Origin: a virus
Reading direction: 5' to 3' (one strand)
Length of the DNA: 64,000 nt
IMG/VR virus record: IMGVR_UViG_3300049830_000142
Coordinates: 1-64,000 of that record
The notes under the pieces were generated by a model that was given only the letters and a program-made list of their open reading frames with translations, was not told the origin of the DNA and made no database searches. The position numbers and the translations under genes were made by a program. Positions 28,395 through 37,843 of the stretch are shown piece by piece (the first letter of the stretch is position 1; each line of letters starts with the position of its first letter).

Positions 28395-28892
28395 TTACGC
28401 TGGTGTTAGCACAACAGTTACAACCGCACCAGTCAGTGCAGTCTGTACACCAGTAAAGTCTAGTGCTAGACGATCACCAGCAGCCAAAGTTTTGTTAGCT
28501 GTAGTAGCAGTCAAAGTTGCTGTTACGCTAGTATTAGCAGTGGACTTGAGGTTGAAAGCAGCAGTAGTTACGGCTACACCAGCAGAAGCTGCTTGAGTAC
28601 CTGTGCATTTCATGAGCGCAGCAGTTACAGCACCTGCATCGGTACCTGCAGTACTATGTACTTCAGTTACAGAAGTTACAGTGTATGCCTTATCAGCAAC
28701 AAAGATGTTCTGGTCAACTGCTTCGTTAATAGAAGCGATCTGAGTAACAATAGTCACGTTACCAAGTGGTAACCATTGAGTACCTGTGTTAACATAAACT
28801 TGGTTACCGACGAATCGGATTGCACCTTTGTAAAAAGGTGTGGTTGCTGTTCCTAGGGAACTAGCTTTGCGTATACTTGAGGCGTCTGCCAT
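28395..28892 (-). CDS. probable capsid decoration/structural protein
   Basis: Ala/Thr/Val-rich beta-sandwich-like sequence (TANTSVTATL..TLAAGDRLAL); has its own promoter and terminator. Confidence 0.55.
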   Translation of the reverse strand: MADASSIRKASSLGTATTPFYKGAIRFVGNQVYVNTGTQWLPLGNVTIVTQIASINEAVDQNIFVADKAYTVTSVTEVHSTAGTDAGAVTAALMKCTGTQAASAGVAVTTAAFNLKSTANTSVTATLTATTANKTLAAGDRLALDFTGVQTALTGAVVTVVLTPA

Positions 28893-28942
28893 AATAATTA
28901 AATTTGGTTAGTCGAGACGGAATTGTCTCTAACTCTTAGATC

Positions 28943-28971
28943 AATTTACCAGCTAGTTTAGAAGTCGTCAA
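28943..28971 (-). promoter_or_regulatory. sigma70 promoter
   Basis: TTGACG-N17-TAAATT upstream of 28892. Confidence 0.55.
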
Positions 28972-28972
28972 C

Positions 28973-29004
28973 AATATTGTAGCGAATATTGTAGCGAATA
29001 TTGT
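28973..29004. repeat. 12-bp tandem repeat, 2.7 copies
   Basis: AATATTGTAGCG-AATATTGTAGCG-AATATTGT, directly upstream of the -35 box. Confidence 0.85.
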
Positions 29005-29011
29005 TTGAAGC

Positions 29012-29308
29012 TTACTTTCCGTGGAAAATAACGTACTCAACTACTACACTCAATATTGCATTAATTGCTATAGTGATGCCGATGAGTTTGTACTTAAAGG
29101 CATTAAGCGAGTCGATCTTGTCTCTAAGATGCTCCAGCTCATTGCGATAAGTAACACGTAAGTCTTCTAATGCTTGTTGTTTCACAAATGATGTCTTAAT
29201 GTCGACGATGTCACTGCGTATCTTAGATTGACCATCTTCCAATGTTGATAGTTTTTCTAACACAATAGCTCGCCATTCTTTCTGAAGTTCATTGATCTCG
29301 TCTGCCAT
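29012..29308 (-). CDS. coiled-coil protein with a C-terminal TM helix (holin-like)
   Basis: Heptad N-terminus, then KYKLIGITIAINAILSVVVEYVIF. Confidence 0.55.
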   Translation of the reverse strand: MADEINELQKEWRAIVLEKLSTLEDGQSKIRSDIVDIKTSFVKQQALEDLRVTYRNELEHLRDKIDSLNAFKYKLIGITIAINAILSVVVEYVIFHGK

Positions 29309-29328
29309 AAAATTTCGTATATGTTGAT

Positions 29329-29344
29329 ACTTACTATAGTAAGT
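29329..29344. promoter_or_regulatory. perfect 16-bp palindrome (operator-like)
   Basis: ACTTACTATAGTAAGT in the 58-bp intergenic gap. Confidence 0.55.
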
Positions 29345-29366
29345 TAAATTAACTATTAAAACAATC

Positions 29367-30065
29367 TTATTCTTCTTCAGCGCCTATTACTTTATGGTAA
29401 AACTTATCTAACTCACCACCAGAGTAGTGTTCTTTGTTCTTCAGCAAGATTTCTTTCCCCCATACTTCTTCCATATCTTTGTCTGGAATACCCATGTCCC
29501 TTAGCAATCCGTAGAGTTTGATTTCAGTTGTGCCTACTCTATAAACGAAAAGAGCTCGATCTGGGTAAAAAATTACTTTGCCACCAACTCCAGTACCAGG
29601 TACTACGTTAACGTGGGCTTCAGCTTCTCCTGATTCCTTAATACGAGTATAAACACCAGGCTTTAGTCTTTGCTGAGCTGATACTACATACTCTGAACCG
29701 TTCAAAATAGTCGTGTTGCGATCGGTCAACCAAGGTATATGAGCTATTGTAGTGGTCTTAGTATCAAGAACTTTACCCGTCTTTTTGTCGATCATCTCAA
29801 ACGTACCTCTTAAAGGGTTGGAGATGTCACGCTTTTCCATGATAGCTTTGTTTTGTTCTTTGTAGGTTGGAGCATGTTCAGGAAAATTAAAATGCAGATC
29901 AGTGACCTTAAGTCTGTACGCCGGGCTTTCGACTTTGTTCAGATGCTTTTGAAAGGCAGCTAAAGCTTTGTCATGCAGCCAACCTCTAGTCTTCTCAGGG
30001 TCAAAGAAGCCTCTAGCATTCTTAGGCAAAGGTAGACTGTAAAGAGGGTTGATGTTCGTATTCAT
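29367..30065 (-). CDS. RNA polymerase beta subunit, N-terminal fragment
   Basis: IAHIPWLTDRNTTILNGSEYVVSAQQRLKPGVY matches RpoB G.IP.MT..GTFIINGTERVIVSQL.RSPGVY; also LYGLLRDMG. Confidence 0.8.
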   Translation of the reverse strand: MNTNINPLYSLPLPKNARGFFDPEKTRGWLHDKALAAFQKHLNKVESPAYRLKVTDLHFNFPEHAPTYKEQNKAIMEKRDISNPLRGTFEMIDKKTGKVLDTKTTTIAHIPWLTDRNTTILNGSEYVVSAQQRLKPGVYTRIKESGEAEAHVNVVPGTGVGGKVIFYPDRALFVYRVGTTEIKLYGLLRDMGIPDKDMEEVWGKEILLKNKEHYSGGELDKFYHKVIGAEEE

Positions 30066-31048
30066 TAGAACGATTGTGGAGCATTGACTCTTCTTTGTAC
30101 AGGCTGATTTGATCGAGAGCCATCCTCACCACCACCCATGATTTGAGAAAGTAGTGCGATAAGTAATCCACCGCCACCTACACCAGCTGCTAACTTACCC
30201 CAGTTATTTTTTAACCAATCACCAGTTAAGCTTCCAGCTCTTCCTATAGCTGAATTAGTGGCATAGTCTTTTAACTCAGGAAATTGCTGACCCATAGCGT
30301 CTACATTAGGATCTGTAGGACCAGTGGCCTTATTCCATAGATCACCGAAGCCCATCTTACCTGTAGTCTCATCGATATAGCGCTTAGCATCTTGTTGAAA
30401 CGCTGGAGCTAATTTAGCTGGGTAAGCTTCGGTTAATGCTTTAATGAAGCTAGCTTTTTCAGTAGGAGCTAGTTGTTGAAATTTAGGAACGATAGCTTTG
30501 ACATACTCACCAGCCTCATAAGTCTTCTTTAGTCCGTCCATTAAAGCGCTACCACCTGATGACTCGGAGTTTTGAGCGTAGTATTTGCTAACATCCATCG
30601 TTGCTTTAGTAAAAGGATTATTAGCGTCAGGCTTACCACCTGTAAAGTTTTTGTAAGCATCCTCGAAAGTGTCTACCATCTTACCTTGTGGAGCAGCCTC
30701 TAAAGCAGGCTGAAAATCATCAGTGACTAAAGTATTGATAAGTTGTTCAGGAAATTTACCTTTGAACTCATTAGCTAACTGCATACCAGTAGATTGAGGT
30801 GCGCTATTTACACCAGCTACAACTGGAGCACCGGCAGCTGGTGAAGGAGGAGCTGTTGGTGGAGGCAGAGCTGGGGCAGGATCTTGCATAGGCGCAGGAC
30901 CTGGAGATGCCAGAGGTGCTGTCGGAGTAGTTATCGCAGCTGGAATGGGTGCTGGTTTAATAGCAGGAGGAGGTGTAGTTCCTTCTCCTATTTTTTGGAT
31001 ACACCCTAATTCAAACAGAACACCACGATAGAACTCATTATTTTGCAT
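30065..31048 (-). CDS. probable virion protein with K-x-G leader, Pro-rich linker and C-terminal glycine-rich TM
   Basis: MQNNEFYRGVLFELGCIQKIG; PAP-rich segment; AGVGGGGLLIALL. Confidence 0.6.
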   Translation of the reverse strand: MQNNEFYRGVLFELGCIQKIGEGTTPPPAIKPAPIPAAITTPTAPLASPGPAPMQDPAPALPPPTAPPSPAAGAPVVAGVNSAPQSTGMQLANEFKGKFPEQLINTLVTDDFQPALEAAPQGKMVDTFEDAYKNFTGGKPDANNPFTKATMDVSKYYAQNSESSGGSALMDGLKKTYEAGEYVKAIVPKFQQLAPTEKASFIKALTEAYPAKLAPAFQQDAKRYIDETTGKMGFGDLWNKATGPTDPNVDAMGQQFPELKDYATNSAIGRAGSLTGDWLKNNWGKLAAGVGGGGLLIALLSQIMGGGEDGSRSNQPVQRRVNAPQSF

Positions 31049-31991
31049 ATTCGACGCCAGTAGGATACTGGGCCTTCTGTTCGCGTTCTTTCTTCTTGTT
31101 GTGATTATGGATTAGCATAGCTAGCGTACCTAAGCCTACTGCACCAGCACCACCAACCCAAAGATCTTCCATACCACCTGTCATACCACCTGTAGCTTGG
31201 TTAACTGCTTCGTTAAAAGCGTGAGTGCCTCTAGATGCAACATCAGAATGGGCTGAAGCTAATTCACTAGGATTAGCATGGCTAGCAACCTGAGCAATTT
31301 CTTTAGGAGAAACGTTTGGGATGTTTGAGTTTTCTGCACCAAAAAGTGTAGGAGCATATTTGAAACCAGCATTAGCAATTTCAGGTGCGTAGCTAGCAGT
31401 TAAGCCGGCACCACCCAAAGCACCACCAAGGCCTAGCATCTTTTTCCAAGATGGGCCTAAGTTTTGAGCGGCAGTAGTTGCGGCCGCAGGTAACCCTGTG
31501 CTAGCGGACTTTTGAAATTCAATACTTACAGCTTCACAGAACTTATCGACTAATGGAGTCTCAGCGCTAAGTTTATTCATCTGTTGAGCGGCCGCCAACT
31601 GTTCCATGTATTTCTTTTTAGCGTCGGCGATCTGCTTGTTACCTTGGTTTTCTTGGTAATGATCGTAAATAGTTTTAGCTCCGAGGAAACCTACTGGAGC
31701 ACCAGCGATGGCAGCAAGATAAGGAGCATAAGAATCCATGTTACCCATTGCTGATTTAGCTAGCGCAGGCAGCCCAGTACCAGGAGAAGGAGTAGCAGAC
31801 TCAGGCATATGACTATTTGGGTCTTTCATCATTAGCTGAATCTTATTCTGTTCTCGTTTAGGTGGTGCGACTTTATGGCTCATATCCGTCAATAGACGCA
31901 TACCGCCAAATGCACTACCGCCTCCCAATGCACTGAGAAGCATGATCTCAGCTGGTGTTAACTGTGCAACTTTTTCTAGAGCTTGACTCAT
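31038..31991 (-). CDS. probable virion protein with K-x-A motifs and glycine zippers
   Basis: LEKVA, AKSA, QKSA; several GxxxG hydrophobic stretches. Confidence 0.6.
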   Translation of the reverse strand: MSQALEKVAQLTPAEIMLLSALGGGSAFGGMRLLTDMSHKVAPPKREQNKIQLMMKDPNSHMPESATPSPGTGLPALAKSAMGNMDSYAPYLAAIAGAPVGFLGAKTIYDHYQENQGNKQIADAKKKYMEQLAAAQQMNKLSAETPLVDKFCEAVSIEFQKSASTGLPAAATTAAQNLGPSWKKMLGLGGALGGAGLTASYAPEIANAGFKYAPTLFGAENSNIPNVSPKEIAQVASHANPSELASAHSDVASRGTHAFNEAVNQATGGMTGGMEDLWVGGAGAVGLGTLAMLIHNHNKKKEREQKAQYPTGVEYAK

Positions 31992-31994
31992 AAA

Positions 31995-32381
31995 TTAGAC
32001 TTGTGGTTGTTCTTCGCGCTCATCCATATTCTCAAAGTATTCGAGAAAGATTACCAAATCTCCTCGTTGTGTCCAGTTGTCATTTCTATTGATAACTTGG
32101 TAGCGCTTAGTGTTATTGTAAAATTCTTGTAAGAGAGTGCGATCTTCGTCGTCAGCACATGGTTTCAGGAATACACACTTATAGACCTGAGTCTTCTCTT
32201 CTGCAACTTGATGCTGCCTAATACCCAGCTGAGTCTCGTAAGCATCTATCATCTTCTCAGGGTCAGTGCCTTTGAAAAGATCTCTGACTACTTCGGCTTC
32301 AGTCCTAGGCTTCCATTCTAGTTCACTCAATGAACCAGTTAGCATGAAATTTTCTCTTTGTTTGATGTCTTTTGCTTTCAT
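31995..32381 (-). CDS. hypothetical protein
   Basis: 128 aa; TAATG-type coupling in the operon. Confidence 0.65.
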   Translation of the reverse strand: MKAKDIKQRENFMLTGSLSELEWKPRTEAEVVRDLFKGTDPEKMIDAYETQLGIRQHQVAEEKTQVYKCVFLKPCADDEDRTLLQEFYNNTKRYQVINRNDNWTQRGDLVIFLEYFENMDEREEQPQV

Positions 32382-32737
32382 TAGAGTGTGTTCGGATGTT
32401 CAACCTTACCTTGCAAAGACTTGGCAGCTTCCAAATACTGGTCGCGTTCCCTCTGCTTCTTCAGCTGTTGGTTAGTACTATCCTCGTTAGCTAAGTGCCC
32501 GGCATACAAACCTGTACCGGCTAGCATACCTACGCCAGCTAATGAAGCTCCATATGCATTAAAAGTATTCTTCAGAGCATTAGGAATGTTAGTGGTCCAC
32601 CATGCTAAGTCAGCAGCGCCGCCAGCAGTCTTTTGAAGCTTACCACCTAAATGGTCTTCAAAGTCAGCCAATGACTTTCCGCTCTTAGCCAACTCAATCA
32701 TGAGTGCTGTCTTAACTAGTTGTGCACGATCGTTCAT
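32381..32737 (-). CDS. probable virion protein with a glycine-rich hydrophobic segment
   Basis: LQKTAGG; GASLAGVGMLAGTGLYAG. Confidence 0.6.
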   Translation of the reverse strand: MNDRAQLVKTALMIELAKSGKSLADFEDHLGGKLQKTAGGAADLAWWTTNIPNALKNTFNAYGASLAGVGMLAGTGLYAGHLANEDSTNQQLKKQRERDQYLEAAKSLQGKVEHPNTL

Positions 32738-32743
32738 ATTAGT

Positions 32744-32771
32744 ATCTTACCTTAAAATTTGTTTGTGTCAA
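32744..32771 (-). promoter_or_regulatory. sigma70 promoter, leaderless
   Basis: TTGACA-N16-TAAGAT, then 6 nt, then ATG 32737. Confidence 0.7.
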
Positions 32772-33054
32772 TTTGGTAACTCTTTGATTTATCATCATAG
32801 TTAGCAAATCTAGGCCTATTGATATAGTCGTAAATCAATACTCCAATACCAAACCCTGCTGCAGACAATAGTGTCTGGGCCATTTTACTTAGCTTAGCAT
32901 ATTTGGCTGCCGCCAAACCAAGAGCTGCACCACCTACGCCAGACAAAGCCTTTTCCAACTTTCTTTTATTTTCTTCCTTAGAAAGTTCCTGCTTTTGTGA
33001 GCTACCTAGGCCAGTATCACTGTGCGCTAAGTTGATGATTGATTCAATATCCAT
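32752..33054 (-). CDS. small glycine-zipper membrane protein
   Basis: GVGGAALGLAAAK..AAGFGIGVLIY. Confidence 0.6.
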   Translation of the reverse strand: MDIESIINLAHSDTGLGSSQKQELSKEENKRKLEKALSGVGGAALGLAAAKYAKLSKMAQTLLSAAGFGIGVLIYDYINRPRFANYDDKSKSYQIDTNKF

Positions 33055-34004
33055 TATTTACCTGGAAACATTACTGCTTCTGGGTTGTTGATAGCTTTAG
33101 GCATTACACTACGACCTAGTACATTCATACCAGCCATTAGTCCGCCTGGCAACAACATCCTTTGCGATAGTTTTCCACCCTCTTCATCTTCCTGAGCATT
33201 CTCTTCAGAAGTGTTGATTAGGTTACGCTTAGCTAAGTGGTATAACCCACCCGCACCAGCACCTACAGCGCCAGCACTAAGCATATTAGATAGACCAGGT
33301 CCTATTGCATTCTTTAGACCACCAGACATTTCACCTGTACCTAAGAATGGTTCTGCTGCATTTGGATTTGCGTCGCCGTATTCAGTCACAGCACCGCCTA
33401 TCCTACCCGGAGCAGTCAATAGTTTACCTGGGGCATTAGCCAACCACTGCGCGCCTTGTCCTAAAGCGTGGTTGGCATTATCGAAAAAACCGTCAGCTTC
33501 CTTACTCATATCTTCCAACTCTTGAAGCATGCCTTCTTTGACACTTTCAATGTTGACGTTGATAGGAGCGTGAGGTTGCTTTAACATCGCCTTTGCTTTC
33601 CTTGGTTTAGGAATAGCCTTCCACTTAGCATCACCTTCGTGCCTTAGTGTATAGGTCGGGTTGTCTCTACCTTCTTGTAGAGTAAAATAAATGCTGCCTG
33701 GGTCAGACCTATGAACCTGAGCCTTACCTCTTGAGCTTGCATTAGTATACATGTCTGGCAATGGCACATCAGGCATCTTTTCTAGCTCAGTATCCATGTC
33801 TTGCAGATTCCCTTTGAAGCTGTAAGTGTTGGTACCATCAGAAAGATGTACATGTCCGTCACCCTTAGCAAAGTGCCAAGTAGACTGTGATGTAGTATGC
33901 GGAAATAAATTTCCGTTCTTCATGTCGAAGATGTTTGCTCCCTGCTTGTGCAGTCTAAGCATATCTTCTACACCCTTTGCAAATTCGTCGAGGTGGAGTT
34001 CCAT
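33054..34004 (-). CDS. probable virion protein with K-x-G/A motifs
   Basis: FAKGVEDMLRLHKQGA; SKEADG; glycine-rich C-terminus. Promoter TTGAGT-N17-TACTAT lies 5 nt upstream. Confidence 0.6.
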   Translation of the reverse strand: MELHLDEFAKGVEDMLRLHKQGANIFDMKNGNLFPHTTSQSTWHFAKGDGHVHLSDGTNTYSFKGNLQDMDTELEKMPDVPLPDMYTNASSRGKAQVHRSDPGSIYFTLQEGRDNPTYTLRHEGDAKWKAIPKPRKAKAMLKQPHAPINVNIESVKEGMLQELEDMSKEADGFFDNANHALGQGAQWLANAPGKLLTAPGRIGGAVTEYGDANPNAAEPFLGTGEMSGGLKNAIGPGLSNMLSAGAVGAGAGGLYHLAKRNLINTSEENAQEDEEGGKLSQRMLLPGGLMAGMNVLGRSVMPKAINNPEAVMFPGK

Positions 34005-34005
34005 A

Positions 34006-34245
34006 TTAAATAGTAGGTGTAAGCTTTGGAGTACTCAAGTCAAGTTGTTGTCCCATCATACCACCAGCACCTGGCATCATCATACCAGTAGGTGCGCCTA
34101 GAGAGTTACCGGGCATAGCTGGTGTCATTGATGGTGCTGAGCCCATTTGTACGGGTGGAGCAGCTTGACTGAATGACGTATTGGGTTGTTGTGAAAAACC
34201 CATAGCATTAGCTTCCTTCAAAATTTGTGATAAATAGAGCTTCAT
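34006..34245 (-). CDS. small low-complexity (M/G/P/S) protein
   Basis: LSQILKEANA followed by a disordered-looking sequence. Confidence 0.55.
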   Translation of the reverse strand: MKLYLSQILKEANAMGFSQQPNTSFSQAAPPVQMGSAPSMTPAMPGNSLGAPTGMMMPGAGGMMGQQLDLSTPKLTPTI

Positions 34246-34246
34246 A

Positions 34247-34957
34247 TTACTTAGGCATTTGTGGTGGTTTTACTACAGGGCCTGTTGGTGGGTTAGCAAC
34301 TGGAGCTACAGGAGGTTCAACATGTGGAGGAGGCTCAACTGGAGCAGCACCTGGAGCTGGGCTTGCAGAGGTCGGAGCCGGTTCTGCTTTAGGAGGTGTT
34401 CCACCCGCAGGCTTGTTAAACTGACTCATGAAGTTTTGGTTAGTTCCCATAGCACCTAGACCGGCACCACCTAAACCACCAAGCATCATACCCATCATAG
34501 GGTGTTTCATTAGAGCACCGAGCAATAGCCCAATCAATCCACCACCTACACCACCAGTAGCCATGCCGGACAAAGCGTTCGGATTGGATTTTAAGTAACC
34601 GGAAATACCTTCAGGCATCCACTTCTGCCCTTGTAGCCAATTCTGTGCTTCACCCATACCGCCACCAGTCATACCACTCATATAACTGTTAATGCCACCA
34701 AGCAAACCTTCAGCACCAGCCTTCTTATAGAGTTGGTCACGCATCTGGGATAGACGAATCAATTCCATCGCTACTTTAGTTTTGTAGAGAGGATCCTTAG
34801 ATTCTTCGGCTAACTCATCCCAAGCCGCTGCCCATTTCTCAACGATGTCATCCGCCTCTTTAATGTAGCCCCTCAAAAATGGAATATCGCAGCCGTGTTC
34901 AGCTGCTACTTTAAGGAAGCCTTCCTCAAATTGAATGTACTCTGCTGTCTTGATCAT
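34247..34957 (-). CDS. probable virion protein with K-x-A leader, glycine zipper and Pro-rich tail
   Basis: MIKTAEYIQFEEGFLKVAA; GGVGGGLIGLLLGAL..GGLGGAGLGAMG. Confidence 0.6.
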   Translation of the reverse strand: MIKTAEYIQFEEGFLKVAAEHGCDIPFLRGYIKEADDIVEKWAAAWDELAEESKDPLYKTKVAMELIRLSQMRDQLYKKAGAEGLLGGINSYMSGMTGGGMGEAQNWLQGQKWMPEGISGYLKSNPNALSGMATGGVGGGLIGLLLGALMKHPMMGMMLGGLGGAGLGAMGTNQNFMSQFNKPAGGTPPKAEPAPTSASPAPGAAPVEPPPHVEPPVAPVANPPTGPVVKPPQMPK

Positions 34958-34999
34958 AGTTATATGTTATCTTAAATTATTCTTGCTGCCTAGCTTAAA

Positions 35000-36085
35000 T
35001 TAGTTCCAACCCATGGTGTCGTAAATACCAGGTATTTCTTGCGTAGGTGCTGGTTTAGGCTCCTGGTAAACAGGTTCCTTGATCCCTAGCTCTTTGATCT
35101 TAGCCATGTATTCTTGGTAAGCTCGGTCATTCAGATGCTTGTAGACTGGAGTAGCTAGATCACCAGCACCTGCATTGTTTTTCCAGAAATGAGTGTTACC
35201 ACCTAAAGCAGCCCAACCTGAAGGACTAGTCATAGCTTGCTGAGCTTGAGCGCCAGTATTACTTCTATACCAGCTATACAAATTGTCTAGGCTAGAGTTA
35301 CGAGTCTCAGGATTCATACTCTTGATACCTTCCCTGTTATTCTCTAACCAAGCTGCGTTACCACCGGATTCGTTTACAAAGTCTTGTGCACTTTGAGTTC
35401 CGTGGTTAAGTGCAACCTGACCTGCGGTACCCACGGCTGTTGCTGCTAAAGCTGGACCACCTAACAACATACTTGCCGCTCTACCTCCAACCACTTCAGG
35501 AGCGGCGGTAGCGGCTCCTCTTAACAGACTCTTTCCTAAGATAGGATTACTTGCTGCTGAGGTTAGACCTTTCTGCAACATGTTTTTACCTAGCGTAGGA
35601 ACAGAGCCGAGGAGTTGAGAACCTGAGTCAAGAGCACCACCACCAAATTGTAAAGCTTTGTAACCAGCACCTGCCTGGTTATTAGGATCAAGGGCATCTG
35701 ACATCATGCTTAATCCATTTACTCCTAACATACCACGGTTTAGCCAAGGAGCGACTTTAGAGACACCTGGTAAAGCTTTCATAGAGTTAGCCGCTGCCCA
35801 AGGAACCATTAGCTTCTCTGCACCTTGGTTAGCAAGCTGTGTAGTCTTACCCATAACTGAGTCGGATGGGGCTTCACTGAAATCTGTAGGCTTAGGATCG
35901 TAAGGAGCTTTTGGCATTCCTTTGTTAGCCATAGCATTCAAACCATAACCAGCTAAGCCCAGACCACCAGCCATAGCACCCATTCCTAACGGAGTGGAGT
36001 ACCATGGTTTCTTTTTTTGGGGTTCTACGTTTGCCTGTTTATTCAGCTCAAACAATATACCTTGGTAGAAAGCCGTGTTATTCAT
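35000..36085 (-). CDS. probable virion protein with K-x-A leader and glycine zippers
   Basis: MNNTAFYQGILFELNKQA; LGMGAMAGGLGLAGYG. Confidence 0.6.
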   Translation of the reverse strand: MNNTAFYQGILFELNKQANVEPQKKKPWYSTPLGMGAMAGGLGLAGYGLNAMANKGMPKAPYDPKPTDFSEAPSDSVMGKTTQLANQGAEKLMVPWAAANSMKALPGVSKVAPWLNRGMLGVNGLSMMSDALDPNNQAGAGYKALQFGGGALDSGSQLLGSVPTLGKNMLQKGLTSAASNPILGKSLLRGAATAAPEVVGGRAASMLLGGPALAATAVGTAGQVALNHGTQSAQDFVNESGGNAAWLENNREGIKSMNPETRNSSLDNLYSWYRSNTGAQAQQAMTSPSGWAALGGNTHFWKNNAGAGDLATPVYKHLNDRAYQEYMAKIKELGIKEPVYQEPKPAPTQEIPGIYDTMGWN

Positions 36086-36891
36086 GAACGCAATACGTGT
36101 AATGCAACTGCTGACTTAAGCTCTTTATACTTAGTTTCTAGCTCTGGTGGCAAGTTATCAGCGAATTGGATTAGTTCCTTGATTCGATAGTACCATCTGT
36201 CGCCAAGCATAGCTCTTAACGTCATTCTAAAGGTTTCGTCACTTAATTGCAAGCCCTCAACTATCTTCTTTAATCTACGTCTATAACTGTTGGTGTACTG
36301 ATCTATTGTCATACATTTGCCTTGAGTCGGTAATTTCCAGGAATAGAAGAAACGGATATACTTATCTCTGGCTTGTCTAGATAATGGGATATTGCCGATC
36401 AAGTAGTACATATAGGCGTCTTGAGTCTTACGTACTGGTGTCATGAAGATTCGTCCTAAGCCCAGTTCTTCTCCGATAGCCATAAGCTGCTCATTAGATG
36501 TACGCCAAGATTCAGGCAAGGAGTCTTCGTACTTAGCTTTGTATTGTCGGTGGAAGTCGAGGTCAGCTCTCTTCTTAGTTTTGCAATATAACTTGTAATA
36601 GAACTCAGATTGGTCAAAGGCTATCCAATCGAAGGACAAGCTCATCTCAGGCATTTCTACGGCTACGTGAGCGTGCATCTTTCCTTCATCGGCTCTAGTC
36701 ACGACATATACGCCTTTAGGATATAGCAGCTTCAATGTTGAATGTAACTTTGTGATCTTATCACCAAACGCTTTGCTGTCGTAACTTTCCTTTCTAACAG
36801 CCGTGATTAGTATATCACCGATCTGGGCTGGACAGGAAAGTCCCGTGAAGGCTGTTTTTAATTTTTCGACATACTCTTTCCTGTTGTACAT
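36082..36891 (-). CDS. HUH-superfamily rolling-circle Rep-like protein, possibly degenerate
   Basis: YVVTR..GKMHAHVAV (HUH motif), LGRIFMTPV..AYMYYL (motif III region lacking YxxK). Confidence 0.45.
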   Translation of the reverse strand: MYNRKEYVEKLKTAFTGLSCPAQIGDILITAVRKESYDSKAFGDKITKLHSTLKLLYPKGVYVVTRADEGKMHAHVAVEMPEMSLSFDWIAFDQSEFYYKLYCKTKKRADLDFHRQYKAKYEDSLPESWRTSNEQLMAIGEELGLGRIFMTPVRKTQDAYMYYLIGNIPLSRQARDKYIRFFYSWKLPTQGKCMTIDQYTNSYRRRLKKIVEGLQLSDETFRMTLRAMLGDRWYYRIKELIQFADNLPPELETKYKELKSAVALHVLRS

Positions 36892-36899
36892 GATTGGTT

Positions 36900-36927
36900 A
36901 ATATACGCTATCTGTTTTTGTTGTCAA
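36900..36927 (-). promoter_or_regulatory. sigma70 promoter
   Basis: TTGACA-N16-TATATT, then 8 nt, then ATG 36891. Confidence 0.65.
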
Positions 36928-37003
36928 ATTCTAATAGCTAAAAAAAAGGAAAACGGGTAAGGTTTTCCTAGTTAGGTTCTCGGCATTGGGAAGTGCAGAG
37001 AGC

Positions 37004-37378
37004 TTAGAGCAGAAGCTGCCTAAGCAAGTCGTCAGAACTATCGGCTTCACCGGTTCTCTTCTTTATTCCTTTTAGGTGTTTGATAACACCCGACATCGGA
37101 CTAAACATGAGATCATCAGGATAATTCCATCTCTTAGCATTCTCAGCATGCCTAATACGGAATGCTGGGTCTACTATGAGCTGGGTTAGCTTGAGGAAAT
37201 CATCACGAGTCCAACAGCTGCCTTTTACACTTAGGTTCTCTAAAGTGTAATTGTTCAGTTGTTGGATGAGTTTTAGTTTAGTAAGAGAGTCAGAATTAAA
37301 GAGGAGAGTAGTGTTAAGTTTAGGAGTGGTCTTGGCCATGTTAGATGTCGTCGAATACGTGTTTGTCTCCCGTAGCAT
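37004..37378 (-). CDS. hypothetical protein
   Basis: 124-aa Leu-rich ORF; start may be the internal MAKTT. Confidence 0.55.
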   Translation of the reverse strand: MLRETNTYSTTSNMAKTTPKLNTTLLFNSDSLTKLKLIQQLNNYTLENLSVKGSCWTRDDFLKLTQLIVDPAFRIRHAENAKRWNYPDDLMFSPMSGVIKHLKGIKKRTGEADSSDDLLRQLLL

Positions 37379-37471
37379 CCTTTTCAGAATACACAGGTCT
37401 TTTGGAGCCGAAGAAGTAGAGACATAGATAGACTATGACTACGACGGCGATAGTGATAACCAGTATTGTTT

Positions 37472-37843
37472 TCATTTCATCAATTGTTTGATTAGTTGTA
37501 GATCGTCTAGGCTAATAGACAATCTTAGTTGTTCAGTGCGAGAGTTGTTGTGATAATAAGTAGCGCAGTAATCTTGGACAACCATGCATTCTTTGATAGT
37601 GTTGCATTGCTTCAGCTTAGTTAAGAAGCGTACCATAGCTAGTCCTCGACCGTCAGGTATCTCAAAGGCCCAGGAGGCAGCTTTAGGATCCATTATGAAC
37701 GCGTTTAGTCTCAAGAAGTCATACAGGATGCTCCAGCTATACAAGAAGCTCTGAGAAGCTTTGGTGACAGCATGGATAGTCCTAAGCTTCATCTCAGGAC
37801 TAAGATTCTGGATGTACTCAATGTTGAAGGTTTCGTTGTTCAT
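37472..37843 (-). CDS. hypothetical protein, paralog of 37818..38270
   Basis: FNIEYIQNLSPEMKLRTIHAVTKAS..RFLTKLKQ. Confidence 0.6.
   Translation of the reverse strand: MNNETFNIEYIQNLSPEMKLRTIHAVTKASQSFLYSWSILYDFLRLNAFIMDPKAASWAFEIPDGRGLAMVRFLTKLKQCNTIKECMVVQDYCATYYHNNSRTEQLRLSISLDDLQLIKQLMK

Noticed and set aside
28973-29004. Repeat considered as a mini CRISPR array
   Set aside because: Contiguous 12-bp units with no spacers, and no cas genes in the window.
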